A DNA stretch of 64,000 nt from NCBI GenBank assembly GCA_964276015.1, contig CAXYDO010000014.1, positions 27,199 to 91,198 of the forward strand, written 5' to 3'. This DNA is from an uncultured Alphaproteobacteria bacterium (lineage in GTDB: Bacteria; Pseudomonadota; Alphaproteobacteria; UBA6615). A program made the position numbers and the translations under genes. The notes below the pieces were generated by a model, which saw only the letters and a list, made by a program, of their open reading frames with translations, had not been told where the DNA came from and did not search any database. Below are positions 9,047-19,200 of this stretch, piece after piece; the first letter of the stretch is position 1; each line of letters opens with the position of its first letter.

Positions 9047-9699
9047 TATTTGATGGGCGAGAACTTTGTCGGCACCAGGTACCGGTTCTTCTGGTCGATC
9101 ACCCGGTGGCCGTTGCCGGCCTGGTAGACCGCCCAGCCCGGATCGGCGACGGCCTTGGCCTGACCAGCCTCGCGCTGGGCCTGATCATCCCAGTACCAGA
9201 GATGGACGACCTGATTGATCTGGCCGGTGATCGAGCTGAAATAGCCGATCAGTTGCCAGCCGGCCCGGTCGATCACCGGTTTGGCGAGCGCCTTGGTGAT
9301 CGCCACATAGTTCGGCACCTGGCCGTATTGGATCGTGTAGGTGCGCTCGTCGACGAAGCCTTTTGGGCTACCGTTGCCCATAAAAGCGAAGGGTTCGACC
9401 ACATCGGTGGCCTGCAGTAGGCGGTTTTCCTGGGAGACCAGCTTGTCGGAGCTGCCGTTGCGATAGTCGGTCCATTCCGGGTCGTTATAGAGAGAGGCCC
9501 GGCAGTCCTGGCGAGCTTGTGCGCTCTCCCATTTCCAGTAATGGACGACGGAGTTGATGGCCCCGGTCTCGACCGTGTAGTAGCCCGCCGGCTCGAAGCC
9601 ATGCTTGCGCTGCAGCGGTTGGCCGACCTCTTCGACATTTTTCAGAAATGTGGGCATCTGGCCCGGTTGGATGGCGTAGGTGCGCGCGTCGACGATCAT
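9046..9699 (-). CDS. NIPSNAP family protein (tandem NIPSNAP domains)
   Basis: Two repeats of the ...RTYxIQxGQ...VVHxWxW pattern. The start was set to the internal ATG (MIVDARTY), where the domain begins. Confidence 0.6.
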   Translation of the reverse strand: MIVDARTYAIQPGQMPTFLKNVEEVGQPLQRKHGFEPAGYYTVETGAINSVVHYWKWESAQARQDCRASLYNDPEWTDYRNGSSDKLVSQENRLLQATDVVEPFAFMGNGSPKGFVDERTYTIQYGQVPNYVAITKALAKPVIDRAGWQLIGYFSSITGQINQVVHLWYWDDQAQREAGQAKAVADPGWAVYQAGNGHRVIDQKNRYLVPTKFSPIK

Positions 9700-9803
9700 G
9701 GCGCTGTCTCCCGGTTTTCGTGTTTTCTCGAGCCGCGTGATCTTGCCGCCCGGTTGTGTCGGTGTATCGTGACACGGCTTGAGGTCATGGGAAAGACAGG
9801 CGA

Positions 9804-10727
9804 ATGCCGCAAATCGAAGACGCAAAGATTTTGAAGGTGATTGAGACTGGCGCGATTTTGGGGGAAAGCCCGGTCTGGTCGGTTGCCGAAGACGTGCTGT
9901 GGTGGCTCGATATCAAGGCACCGGCTTTGCACCGCCATAACCCGGGGACGGGAGCGAACAGCAGCTGGGCGTTGCCCCAGGAGACCGGCTCGATTGTGTT
10001 GCGCACGGGCGGCGGTCTTGTGGCGGGCCTGCGGGATGGGTTTGCGTATCTGACGCCCGGTGAAGACAGCGTGGCGGTGGAGTGGATCGTTAATCCAGAA
10101 CTCGACCGGCCCGAGAGCCGCCTGAACGATGGCCGCATTGATCGACAGGGGCGCTACTGGGCGGGCTCCATGCATGATCCTGAAGGACCCCCAGCGAGCT
10201 ATTTCGAGCGGGATCCGGTGGGGGTTTTCTATCGCCTCGACGGCGATGGCACGGTCCACCGGATGATCGACGGAACTCTGGTGTCCAACGGGCTGTGCTG
10301 GTCCCCGGATGGAACCACCATGTACGCGGCGGATTCCCCGACCCGCACGATACGGGCCTGGGACTACGACACCACGAGCGGTGATATCTCGGGCGAGCGG
10401 GTGTTTGCCGTGATCCCCGATGATCTCGGGCGCGGCACGCCGGATGGGGCCATTGTCGACGCCGAAGGGGGCGTGTGGACGGCGGAATTTCGCGGGTCGC
10501 GTATTACCCGGTTTGCGCCGGATGGCACCACGGATCGAATGATTTCCCTGCCCGTCAGTCGTCCCACCTGTCCGATGTTTGGCGGCCCGGATCTGCGTAC
10601 GCTGTACGTGACCTCGGCCAAAATCATGCTCAGCCCCGAAGAACTGGCCGGTGAACCTCTCGCCGGAGCGCTGTTTGCGCTGGATGTGGGGATGGCGGGC
10701 CTGCCGGAGGCCGAATTTCCGGGCTAA
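9804..10727 (+). CDS. SMP-30/gluconolactonase/LRE-family protein
   Basis: 307 aa with ESPVW...LWWLDI, NDGRIDRQGRYWAGSM and DGxxVD motifs of regucalcin/gluconolactonase beta-propellers. Confidence 0.75.
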   Translation: MPQIEDAKILKVIETGAILGESPVWSVAEDVLWWLDIKAPALHRHNPGTGANSSWALPQETGSIVLRTGGGLVAGLRDGFAYLTPGEDSVAVEWIVNPELDRPESRLNDGRIDRQGRYWAGSMHDPEGPPASYFERDPVGVFYRLDGDGTVHRMIDGTLVSNGLCWSPDGTTMYAADSPTRTIRAWDYDTTSGDISGERVFAVIPDDLGRGTPDGAIVDAEGGVWTAEFRGSRITRFAPDGTTDRMISLPVSRPTCPMFGGPDLRTLYVTSAKIMLSPEELAGEPLAGALFALDVGMAGLPEAEFPG

Positions 10728-10816
10728 GGGTTTTCCCGAAATTGCCTTAATCCGGCCCCGTCATGGCCGTGTTGCCGCAGCACCGTAGCTTCAGCTCTGT
10801 TTGGGAGGAGAAGACG

Positions 10817-11212
10817 ATGCGCGGACTTGCAGTAGTAGCCATGCTTATGGGCGGATTGCCCCTCGCGGTTTTTATCGCGACTCTCGTCCTGAGCGATGGC
10901 GCGCCGCTGCAGTCACCATTCCGCGGGTCGTCGACAGGGTCAGGGATGTCGGCGACGGTGCACGTGACGCCGGACATCAAGCCAGGGCAACCGGCGCCGT
11001 TTACGTCAGCCAACATCCCCACTCTTGTTGCTGTGTCACAGGCCCAGGGTTGGCAGCCGCCAAGGCGACAGAAACTCGCGCGCGACCGAACGGATGCAGC
11101 CTGGAATTGCCTGCATCGGATGGCCGCAGAGGGGAATCACGATGCGCTGATGTTTCGGACCTTGATGCAGGCCGCGGATTTCACGCGACCGCCCGGTCGA
11201 CTGAATCCTTGA
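10817..11212 (+). CDS. hypothetical secreted protein
   Basis: ORF with a signal-peptide-like N-terminus (MRGLAVVAMLMGGLPLAVFIATLVLS). No recognisable family. Confidence 0.3.
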   Translation: MRGLAVVAMLMGGLPLAVFIATLVLSDGAPLQSPFRGSSTGSGMSATVHVTPDIKPGQPAPFTSANIPTLVAVSQAQGWQPPRRQKLARDRTDAAWNCLHRMAAEGNHDALMFRTLMQAADFTRPPGRLNP

Positions 11213-11375
11213 AATTTTCCATTCCGGAACCAAATAGAGAGCAGGGTTAGAGGCTAAGATGAGCTCCGGCTCTAGGAACATAGGGCGCCGAATTCGGGCC
11301 CGCATGGTCTGCGCATTGTCAGACCCCGTGTCGCATGCGCAGCCCGGATCTCGCTCGCCAAGGAGGAGGGACGGC

Positions 11376-11834
11376 ATGAACAGATTATCTCCATTGCGAA
11401 ACCCGCTCTTGCTCGGATTCGACGAATTCGAGCGCACCCTCGAACGCATCACCAAGGCGTCTTCGGACGGCTATCCGCCCTACAATATCGAACGTACGGG
11501 GGAAACCCGTCTGCGGATCACTCTGGCTGTGGCCGGGTTTATCCGGGCGGATCTTGATATCGAGCTTGAAGACAACCAGCTCACAGTTTCCGGCCGACAG
11601 GCGGCTGAGGATGATCGCGAATATCTGCACCGCGGGATTGCCACGCGGATGTTTAAGCGCAGCTTTGTCTTGGCTGACGGTGTCGAAGTGACCTCCGCGA
11701 CGTTGGATAACGGGCTGCTCAACATCGACGTGGCCCTGCCGTTGCCCGAGCGCAATATCCGCAAAATTAAAATCGATGAAACCCCGTCTGAATCTCCCGA
11801 GATCGACGTTGAGAGCCGAGGAAGCACGTTATGA
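11376..11834 (+). CDS. Hsp20/alpha-crystallin family small heat-shock protein
   Basis: IbpA-like sequence (PPYNIERTGETRLRITLAVAGF...LDNGLLNIDV). A strong SD AGGAGGAGG lies 6 nt upstream of the ATG at 11376. A possible RpoH-type -35 CTTGAAA is at 11208-11214. Confidence 0.8.
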   Translation: MNRLSPLRNPLLLGFDEFERTLERITKASSDGYPPYNIERTGETRLRITLAVAGFIRADLDIELEDNQLTVSGRQAAEDDREYLHRGIATRMFKRSFVLADGVEVTSATLDNGLLNIDVALPLPERNIRKIKIDETPSESPEIDVESRGSTL

Positions 11835-12055
11835 CCCAAGATACGACGATCCAATTGCTGGAAGAGTTCTCCCCCGAGCAGTTCGCTGCTCTTGGGGTGG
11901 ATAAGGTGGCCTATGTTCGTCCGGCCGTCGTCGAGGGACAGAAGGTCTATGCGATCCACAGTGCTGATGGCAGCGAGATCGGCATGATGGCCGGTCGCGA
12001 TGTCGCCTTCGCGGCGGTCAAACAGCACGATATGGAACCGGTCAGCGTTCACTGA
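11831..12055 (+). CDS. DUF1150 family protein (the usual Hsp20 partner in alphaproteobacteria)
   Basis: 74 aa. A 4-nt ATGA overlap with the hsp20 stop indicates translational coupling. The sequence is typical of DUF1150. Confidence 0.6.
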   Translation: MTQDTTIQLLEEFSPEQFAALGVDKVAYVRPAVVEGQKVYAIHSADGSEIGMMAGRDVAFAAVKQHDMEPVSVH

Positions 12056-12092
12056 CACGGATGACGCCCAAAATAATTAATTGGTGGGTGGT

Positions 12093-12575
12093 TTAGCTCG
12101 CCACGCGGAGATGGTCGGTGGCCGACATGCCGGCTTCGACCAGCAATGCGTATAGCGCATCTGGGTTGTCGGTGCCGCGTAATTTCTCGCAGAAGGCCTT
12201 GTTGCGCAGGATGCGTGACACCCGGGCCAGGGCTTTCAGGTGATCCGCGCCGGCGCCTTCAGGGGCCAGCAGCAGGAACACCAGATCGACGGGTTGGTCG
12301 TCGATTGCATCGAACTCAACCGGTTTTTCGAGACGTGCAAATAAGCCGTGCAGGCCATCGACTCCGGGCAGCTTTCCGTGCGGGATCGCCAGACCCGAAC
12401 CCACGCCGGTCGACCCCAGACGTTCACGCTCGAGCAGAATATCGAAGACGTGACGGGCTTCGACGCCGAACGCAGTGCCGGCAGCCTTCGATAGTTCCTG
12501 CAGCAACTGCTTCTTGCTTGTGGCGTGCAGGTTCGCAATCACAGCGTTACGTGGAAGGATGTCTTCGATTTCCAT
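12093..12575 (-). CDS. ptsN: PTS IIA-like nitrogen regulatory protein (EIIA-Ntr)
   Basis: 160 aa with the active-site region GVGSGLAIPHGK. It lies downstream of hpf, the canonical rpoN-hpf-ptsN order. Confidence 0.8.
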   Translation of the reverse strand: MEIEDILPRNAVIANLHATSKKQLLQELSKAAGTAFGVEARHVFDILLERERLGSTGVGSGLAIPHGKLPGVDGLHGLFARLEKPVEFDAIDDQPVDLVFLLLAPEGAGADHLKALARVSRILRNKAFCEKLRGTDNPDALYALLVEAGMSATDHLRVAS

Positions 12576-12583
12576 GGATTAGG

Positions 12584-13165
12584 TTAGCTCGCGTCCGCCG
12601 GGGTATCGATCCAGCCGATGTTTCGATTGTCGCGGCGGCAGACCACGCCCAGGCCGCCATGCTTGGAATTGCGAAACACGAAGGCTGGCGCATCCGCCAG
12701 ATCGAGGTGCATGACCGCCTCGGATACCGTCAGGTTTTCGATCACGGTGTGGTTTTCGGCGATGATGACCGGATTGTCGTCATTGGGCTGGGTGTCTGCG
12801 TCATCCTCGGTCTGTGGCGCGAGAATGTATTCCGGCGCATTGGCCGATGCGGCGATGGTCTCGCGATCGCGATGGTGGTCCCGCAGGCGGCGTTTGTTAC
12901 GGCGCAGGCGTTTGGCAAAATGCGCCAGCGCGACATCGAATGCCGCATAGGCGTCATCGGCCTCTTCATGGGCGCGAACATGGATGCCACGTCCGACATG
13001 CACGCTGATCGTGGCCCGAATCCGGAAGCTTTCGCGCGAGAGAACGACGGTGGCCTCGATCGCGTCGGCGAAATACTTCTCGGTGGTGTCCGCGATCGTA
13101 TCCTCGATATGGGTGCGCAAGGCGTCGCCCACGTCAATCTGCTGTCCGGTCATGGTTATCTGCAT
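12584..13165 (-). CDS. hpf: ribosome hibernation promoting factor (long form)
   Basis: N-terminus MQITMTGQQIDVGDALRTHIE plus a long C-terminal extension. It sits between rpoN and ptsN. Confidence 0.85.
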   Translation of the reverse strand: MQITMTGQQIDVGDALRTHIEDTIADTTEKYFADAIEATVVLSRESFRIRATISVHVGRGIHVRAHEEADDAYAAFDVALAHFAKRLRRNKRRLRDHHRDRETIAASANAPEYILAPQTEDDADTQPNDDNPVIIAENHTVIENLTVSEAVMHLDLADAPAFVFRNSKHGGLGVVCRRDNRNIGWIDTPADAS

Positions 13166-13443
13166 GGTAGGAACACGGGTTGGTTATTGAAATTATAAGT
13201 GCCGGATCAATGGAACCCGGTCGCGACGCTTGATTTCGCTATTCCGTCTTGCCTCTTGCCCGGCGTTATCCAGGCCCGCCCGATACTGTTTTCGCGGTCA
13301 TGGGTGACCGTGCCGGAGCGGTGTTGTTGTGCGGCGCGGAACTTAGTCAGGGGCCCATAGAGTGTCAATACCGGGAAAGCCTTACCCCCTACATGGATAA
13401 AGGCCTTGGAAGTTCAATCAAATCATTGAAGTGGAGCAAAAAA

Positions 13444-14916
13444 TCAGTGTCCGGCGCGTTTCATGCGTCGACGCTCGACTGATGACGGAATCTTCAGCGA
13501 ATCCCGATACTTGGCAACAGTTCGGCGGGCGATTTCCACACCATCCTCGCGAAGGATTTTCACGATTTTGTCGTCGGAGAGGATCGCCTTCTCAGATTCG
13601 TTGTCGATCATCAGCTTGATCTTGTGCCGCACCGATTCCGAGGAATGCATTTCCCCGCCCTCACTGCTGCCGATTGCGGTGGTGAAGAAATATTTGAGTT
13701 CGAACAGGCCGCGCGGGGTCGCCATGTATTTGTTGGTGGTAACGCGGCTGATGGTGCTTTCGTGCAGTTTCACCTCAGCAGCGATATCGGCCAGCACCAA
13801 AGGTCGTAAGTGGGAGACCCCCCGGCGGAAAAAGGCGTCCTGCTGGCGAATGATTTCCGCGGACACTTTGAGAATCGTGCGCGCGCGCTGGTCGAGGGCC
13901 CGGACCAGCCAATTTGCGGATTGGTATTTCTCCTGGACGAAAGCCTTGTCTTCCTTTCCCTGGGCCTGATCGCTGATTTCCGCGAAATAGGCCCGGTTGA
14001 CCAAAACCCTTGGCAGGTTGTCGTTGTTGAGTTCGATTTCCCAGCCGCCGCCCTGTTTGGTCCGCATCATCACGTCTGCGGTGATGTATTCGACCGACCC
14101 CGTATCAAAACCGGAGGCTGGCTTGGGGTCGAGGGCCCGCAATTCGTTCAGCATATCTGCCAGATCTTCGTCGTCGACCCCGCAGGAATCGCGCAAGCCG
14201 GGCATATCGTGCATGGTCAGGTATTCGAGATTGGTGAGCAAAGCCTGCATCGCGGGATCGAAGCGGTCACGCTCAATAAGCTGCAGGGCAAAACATTCAA
14301 TCAGGTCCCGGGCGAAGACGCCTGTCGGCTCGAAATTTTGCACAATCTTTAGCACCGCCTCGACGTCGAGCGGATCACAGCCCAGCTGTTCGCCGAGTTC
14401 GTCCATTGAGGTGGTCAGGTATCCGCGGTCATCGAGGGAATCGATCAGGGCACGCCCGATCAGGCGTTGGGTCGGATCACCGATCGACAGATCAAGTTGC
14501 TCGGTCATATGTTCGCGAAGGGTGACTTCACTTGCGGCGGTCTGATCAATTCCCGGCAGAGAATCACTGTCGCCGCGGGCTGCAGGTGCAGAGCCACCGG
14601 CCGGTCGGAACGGGTCGTCGGGATAGACATTGGTGTAGTCGCTGTCGAGGGGCGCCTCGGTCGAGGAAAGCTCTTCCTTATCGCCCAGAGAGGCGGCGTC
14701 GCCATCATCACTGGTGGGTTGGGCCTCGGATTCGGGTGGGCCCGCATCGGCAATAGACTCTTCCCGCTCAAGCAGCGGGTTTTCTTCGAGTTCGCTTTCG
14801 ACGAAGGCAGCCAGTTCAAGATTCGACAGTTGCAGCAACTTGATTGCTTGCTGCAACTGCGGCGTCATGACCAGTGACTGCGTCTGACGGAAGTCTAGAC
14901 GTGGTGTCAGAGCCAT
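13444..14916 (-). CDS. rpoN: RNA polymerase sigma-54 factor
   Basis: 490 aa with the LQQAIKLLQLSNLEL region I and the C-terminal RpoN box ARRTVAKYR. Confidence 0.9.
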   Translation of the reverse strand: MALTPRLDFRQTQSLVMTPQLQQAIKLLQLSNLELAAFVESELEENPLLEREESIADAGPPESEAQPTSDDGDAASLGDKEELSSTEAPLDSDYTNVYPDDPFRPAGGSAPAARGDSDSLPGIDQTAASEVTLREHMTEQLDLSIGDPTQRLIGRALIDSLDDRGYLTTSMDELGEQLGCDPLDVEAVLKIVQNFEPTGVFARDLIECFALQLIERDRFDPAMQALLTNLEYLTMHDMPGLRDSCGVDDEDLADMLNELRALDPKPASGFDTGSVEYITADVMMRTKQGGGWEIELNNDNLPRVLVNRAYFAEISDQAQGKEDKAFVQEKYQSANWLVRALDQRARTILKVSAEIIRQQDAFFRRGVSHLRPLVLADIAAEVKLHESTISRVTTNKYMATPRGLFELKYFFTTAIGSSEGGEMHSSESVRHKIKLMIDNESEKAILSDDKIVKILREDGVEIARRTVAKYRDSLKIPSSVERRRMKRAGH

Positions 14917-14928
14917 GGTTAAGGACTT

Positions 14929-15714
14929 CTACAGACTGAATCTTTCGCCCAAGTAAACACGCCGAACGTCCGAATGAGAAACGATTTCCGACGGGTCACC
15001 ACTCATTAGCACCGAACCTTCATGCAAGATATAGGCCCGATCCACAATATCGAGTGTTTCCCGGACGTTGTGGTCCGTAATCAGGACCCCAATTCCCCGG
15101 TCTTTCAGGTGTTTGACGAGGTCGCGTATGTCCGAAACAGCGATCGGGTCGATACCGGCAAGGGGTTCGTCGAGCAGCATGAAATGGGGCTGACTGGCCA
15201 ACGCCCGGGCAATTTCCACCCGCCGACGCTCGCCGCCTGACAAGGCCAATGCCGGTGTGCGGCGCAAATGAGAGATCGAGAACTCGGCCAGCAGGTCGTC
15301 CAGCATGGCTTCGCGGCGATCGCGCTCCGACTCGATAACCTCGAGTACCGCGCGAATATTCTGTTCGACCGACAGACCCCGAAAGATCGAGGCTTCCTGG
15401 GGCAGATATCCCACACCCAGCCGCGCCCGGCGGTACATCGGCAATTCGGTAATGTCGTGACCATCGAGAGAGATGCTGCCAGCATCCGGTGTCAGCAATC
15501 CGGTGATGATGTAGAAGCAGGTTGTCTTGCCTGCCCCGTTCGGCCCGAGCAGCCCGACGGCCTCCCCCTGGCGAACCTGCAGCGAGACACCCCGGATCAC
15601 CGGGCGCTTGCGAAAACGCTTGCCCAGGTTTGTCGCGACGAGGCCCGGATTGTCGGCCACGAGACGTGGGGCGCCGTCGTCATCAAATATTCCTGTCATT
15701 CGCGGGTCGCTCAT
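14929..15714 (-). CDS. lptB: LPS export ABC transporter ATP-binding protein
   Basis: Walker A GPNGAGKTT, signature LSGGERRRVEIARAL and Walker B. It lies immediately upstream of rpoN. Confidence 0.9.
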   Translation of the reverse strand: MSDPRMTGIFDDDGAPRLVADNPGLVATNLGKRFRKRPVIRGVSLQVRQGEAVGLLGPNGAGKTTCFYIITGLLTPDAGSISLDGHDITELPMYRRARLGVGYLPQEASIFRGLSVEQNIRAVLEVIESERDRREAMLDDLLAEFSISHLRRTPALALSGGERRRVEIARALASQPHFMLLDEPLAGIDPIAVSDIRDLVKHLKDRGIGVLITDHNVRETLDIVDRAYILHEGSVLMSGDPSEIVSHSDVRRVYLGERFSL

Positions 15715-16574
15715 CGGGTTCCGGTTGCGCCTGGATTGGCGGGTTGAAGTGTAGGTTGTTGACCGGGGCCACCGCCAGTCTTGGCCTTGGGTAGGAATAT
15801 GCCGCGCACCCGCTCGCCCGAGCGCGAAGAGAGTATACGACTCTCGCCTGTGGTCAGGTTAACCTCTACACGTTCGCCGTTCAATTGTGTCTCGCCCCGG
15901 GTGATTTTGACATTTCCCGTTAACGTGGCCAGGCCACTATCCGGGTTGTAGTCGCCCTTTTCGGACCGAATGATATCTGTCGGCGTTGAAACCAGAACGT
16001 TTCCCGCGGCTTCGATCTGATCCATTGAGGCGCGGCGGCCGCCCTCGCCAAAATGCGCGGTCAGCGTATCGGCCCGCAACCGTCGGTCACCGCGAATGGC
16101 AAGAGCGTCGCCGCGGGCGATGGCGATCTGTCGTTGCTCGTAATAGTACAAGCTTTCACGGGCGATGATCGTGTCTTCGGCAGTGTCGAGACGCACGGTC
16201 TGTCCGGTCAGAAAAAGCACCCCGTCGTCGATGTCGTAGACGGCCTTGTCGGAGGTCGCGACTTCGGTGGCGGATGTGATGCGTACATTGCCGGTGGCGT
16301 CGATGCGATAGATTTCGTTCTCGCCGGCCGTGTTGGGGCGATAATGGGCAACCAGTTCATCGCCCTCGACGACGACACCACCCTGGGTGGCTTTGGCGTT
16401 GCCACGCGCGCGATAGAGCTGATTGGCGCGCTGCCACTCGATCCCTTCATCGGCCTCGATCTGAATCGGACCGTCACCGCCCTGGGAAAACCCCAGAGAT
16501 TGCGCAAATCCGGGAACCGGAACTGATGCGATCAGGGCCGCGCTGACGGCCAGGATTGTCCAGAGGCGGATCAT
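15711..16574 (-). CDS. lptA: LPS transport periplasmic protein LptA (OstA-like)
   Basis: Signal peptide followed by an OstA-like beta-jellyroll sequence. It overlaps lptB by 4 nt. The C-terminal Pro/Gly-rich tail is atypical. Confidence 0.7.
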   Translation of the reverse strand: MIRLWTILAVSAALIASVPVPGFAQSLGFSQGGDGPIQIEADEGIEWQRANQLYRARGNAKATQGGVVVEGDELVAHYRPNTAGENEIYRIDATGNVRITSATEVATSDKAVYDIDDGVLFLTGQTVRLDTAEDTIIARESLYYYEQRQIAIARGDALAIRGDRRLRADTLTAHFGEGGRRASMDQIEAAGNVLVSTPTDIIRSEKGDYNPDSGLATLTGNVKITRGETQLNGERVEVNLTTGESRILSSRSGERVRGIFLPKAKTGGGPGQQPTLQPANPGATGTR

Positions 16575-17272
16575 TGTGGCGGCGCTCCTTCAAATACGGT
16601 CAGCGTTGCAGGGCCAACAAAGAAAATGCGTTCACCGGATTCGAGAACCCGGAAGCCTTGAGCCTTCAGAATACCGAACGGCCCCTGCCCATCGATGGGT
16701 TCATCTCCCGAGGCGGTACTGTTTTCCAGGTCGACCCGTGCGGTCGCAGTCTGGAACTCGTAGCCTTGATCGTGGAACATGTTCACGTCGCCGCTCAGAT
16801 GCAGGGTATTCGAAAACGAATCGAAGCGTCCGTCATTGGCGTTCAGGGCAATCCACGATCCATCATTAAGAACGATATCGGCCTTCGGATTGGTCAGGGC
16901 GTAAACCTCTTCACCGGCATCGTTTTGCACCCGCGAACCCAGACCGGCGACGATTTGGAAAGGGCGTTTTTCGGCATCTATTCCCTGCAGGCGCGGGTTG
17001 AGAACTTGTGGCTTGCTGCCCCCGGTGGGTCCAATAGCGGCGAGATCAACCCGGAACCGGTCCTGATCGGGGAGCAGGCGTGGCCAGATCGCGACCAGCA
17101 CGAGCAGGGCAAAGGCCGCGCCCGGGAGCAAATACTTCATCGTGGAAACGATGCGTGACCGGGCAAAACTGCTGCGGCGACGGCGGGGCGCATTGCTCAT
17201 GCGCGTTTGCCGAGTGCGCCGGGATTCTTTGACGGGAACGTCTGTTGCGGCCGTGATGCCAGGGTCGCTCAT
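16571..17272 (-). CDS. lptC: LPS export system protein LptC
   Basis: Single N-terminal TM anchor followed by a periplasmic LptC-like domain. It overlaps lptA by 4 nt. The exact start codon is uncertain. Confidence 0.6.
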   Translation of the reverse strand: MSDPGITAATDVPVKESRRTRQTRMSNAPRRRRSSFARSRIVSTMKYLLPGAAFALLVLVAIWPRLLPDQDRFRVDLAAIGPTGGSKPQVLNPRLQGIDAEKRPFQIVAGLGSRVQNDAGEEVYALTNPKADIVLNDGSWIALNANDGRFDSFSNTLHLSGDVNMFHDQGYEFQTATARVDLENSTASGDEPIDGQGPFGILKAQGFRVLESGERIFFVGPATLTVFEGAPPQ

Positions 17273-17278
17273 ATCGGC

Positions 17279-18343
17279 TCAGACAAGTCCTGCTCGCAGA
17301 CAATCATGTATGTGCAGAATGCCGACCGGTTGACGGTCGTGAGCGACGAACAAGCTGGTGATCTGGGTGGCGTTCATCTGCCCGAGGGCCTCCGAAGCCA
17401 GCGCCTGTACCCGGATGGTTTTCGGATCCGCAGTCATGATTTCGCCGCAGCGCAAGCTGATCAGCGTGTCTGACATGTGACGGCGCAAATCGCCATCGGT
17501 AATGATTCCGACCAGCGCGCCGGCGTCATCCGTGACCCCGGCGCAGCCAAAGCCCTTATTGGTCATGACAAACAGCGCTTCGGAAACCGGGTCGGCCGGT
17601 CGCACGAGGGGCAGGTCCTGTCCGTCATGCATCAGGTCGCCGACGCGCAACAGGTTTTGACCGAGCTTTCCACCTGGGTGGAGAACCTGGAAATCCTCGG
17701 CGGTGAAGCCGCGTCGATCGAGCAGTGCGATTGCCAGAGCGTCTCCCATGGCCAACATCGCCGTGGTGGAGGTGGTCGGCGCGAGCCCCATCGGGCACGC
17801 TTCCGCCACCGCGGGCAGAAGCAGGGTGCAATCGCTGTTCTCGGCTAGCGTGCTGCCGGTGCGCCCGGTGATTGAAATCAGCGGCACTTCGAACCGCCGA
17901 CAGTAGTTGATCACGTCACCCAGCTCGGTGGTCTCACCGGAATTGGACAGTGCCAGTACGACATCTTCGCGTGTGATCATGCCGAGGTCGCCGTGACTAG
18001 CCTCGCCGGGATGGACGTAGAAAGAAGGGGTGCCGGTGCTCGACAGGGTCGAGGAAATCTTGTGTGCGATATGGCCACTTTTGCCCATGCCCGTGACCAC
18101 CGCACGGCCTTTGGCGCGGTGGATCAGGTCGACCGCATGAACGAACGTATCGTCCAGGGCTTCACCCATTGCGCGCAAGGCATCGCCTTCAAGGCGAAAG
18201 ACACGTTGTGCCGCCGCGATATCGCGGGCGGACGCTTGTGCGTCTCTCAGTTTCGGATTGGACTTTGCTGATCCGGTCACGCGCGTATCGATCGTTTCGT
18301 TGCGGCCTTGAATTGATGCGCTGGAATGGCAAGAAATCCACAC
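17279..18343 (-). CDS. kpsF: KpsF/GutQ-family arabinose-5-phosphate isomerase (SIS plus tandem CBS domains)
   Basis: SIS domain (VVTGMGKSGHIAHKISSTLSSTGTP), C-terminal CBS pair, and a position upstream of lptC. The start is possibly an internal codon. Confidence 0.8.
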   Translation of the reverse strand: MWISCHSSASIQGRNETIDTRVTGSAKSNPKLRDAQASARDIAAAQRVFRLEGDALRAMGEALDDTFVHAVDLIHRAKGRAVVTGMGKSGHIAHKISSTLSSTGTPSFYVHPGEASHGDLGMITREDVVLALSNSGETTELGDVINYCRRFEVPLISITGRTGSTLAENSDCTLLLPAVAEACPMGLAPTTSTTAMLAMGDALAIALLDRRGFTAEDFQVLHPGGKLGQNLLRVGDLMHDGQDLPLVRPADPVSEALFVMTNKGFGCAGVTDDAGALVGIITDGDLRRHMSDTLISLRCGEIMTADPKTIRVQALASEALGQMNATQITSLFVAHDRQPVGILHIHDCLRAGLV

Positions 18344-18424
18344 GAATCAATCGGTTTTAGTATGAGGTGAATGCCGAGTTTCGTCAAACTTCACCCTCTT
18401 GCCCGCATGCCTCGGCCCGATGGA

Positions 18425-19078
18425 TCAGCTGTGCGCGAGCAGGTCGATATCCGGCCAGCCTGCCAGATCAAGAGCGGCGCGCGCGGGCAGGAAGTCGAAA
18501 CAGGCCTGGGCCAGACCGACCCGGTCGTGGCGTTCCAGCATCACATCAAGCCGTGCCTTCAATTCATGCAGGAATAATACGTCATTGGCAGCATATTCCT
18601 GTTGCTCCCGGCTGAGCACGTCGGCGCCCCAGTCTGAGCTTTGCTGCTGCTTGGAAATTTCGACCCCCAGCAAGTCGCGACAAAGGTCTTTGAGACCATG
18701 CCGGTCTGTGAATGTACGAACCAGTCGGGAGGCGGTCCGGGTGCAGTAGCAGGGTCCGGCATCGACTTCGAGATAGCGCTGGATGGCAGCCAGATCGAAC
18801 CGGGCGAAGTGATACAGTTTGAGCGTGCTCGGGTTGCCCAAAAGCGCTTTCAGATTGGGCGCGTCATATGCATCGCCCTCGCTGGCCGGGAATTGCACGA
18901 GATGTGCGGTCCCGTCGCCCGCCGATAGCTGCACCAGGCAAAGCCGGTCCCGTAACAGGTTGAGGCCCATGGTTTCGGTGTCGACCGCGACGGTACCGCC
19001 AAGATCAAGGCCGTCTGGGAGGTCGTTATGGTGAAGTTCGATATCCAAAGCGCTGATCCGGTCTGTTGCGGCGCACAA
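18425..19078 (-). CDS. 3'-5' exonuclease domain protein (RNase D-like, short)
   Basis: DEDDy exonuclease motifs: VAVDTETMGL, YHFARFDLA and YAANDVLFL. Confidence 0.6.
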   Translation of the reverse strand: MCAATDRISALDIELHHNDLPDGLDLGGTVAVDTETMGLNLLRDRLCLVQLSAGDGTAHLVQFPASEGDAYDAPNLKALLGNPSTLKLYHFARFDLAAIQRYLEVDAGPCYCTRTASRLVRTFTDRHGLKDLCRDLLGVEISKQQQSSDWGADVLSREQQEYAANDVLFLHELKARLDVMLERHDRVGLAQACFDFLPARAALDLAGWPDIDLLAHS

Positions 19079-19200
19079 ACTGCACCCAGTCGTCGGTTGC
19101 TAACGTCTCCTGTTGGTTTGTGTCAACCGCTGTGCTTGGCAGGAGGTGTAACCCGGGGCTATACAGCGTTTCGGCCTATAACAGCAGGTGGCTTGGGAAC

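Noticed and set aside
17279-18343. Extended N-terminus of kpsF (first ~30 codons of the track ORF)
   Set aside because: KpsF/GutQ proteins are ~320-330 aa and the track ORF is 354 aa. The true start is probably an internal codon, but no clear RBS allowed a confident choice, so the track coordinates were kept.
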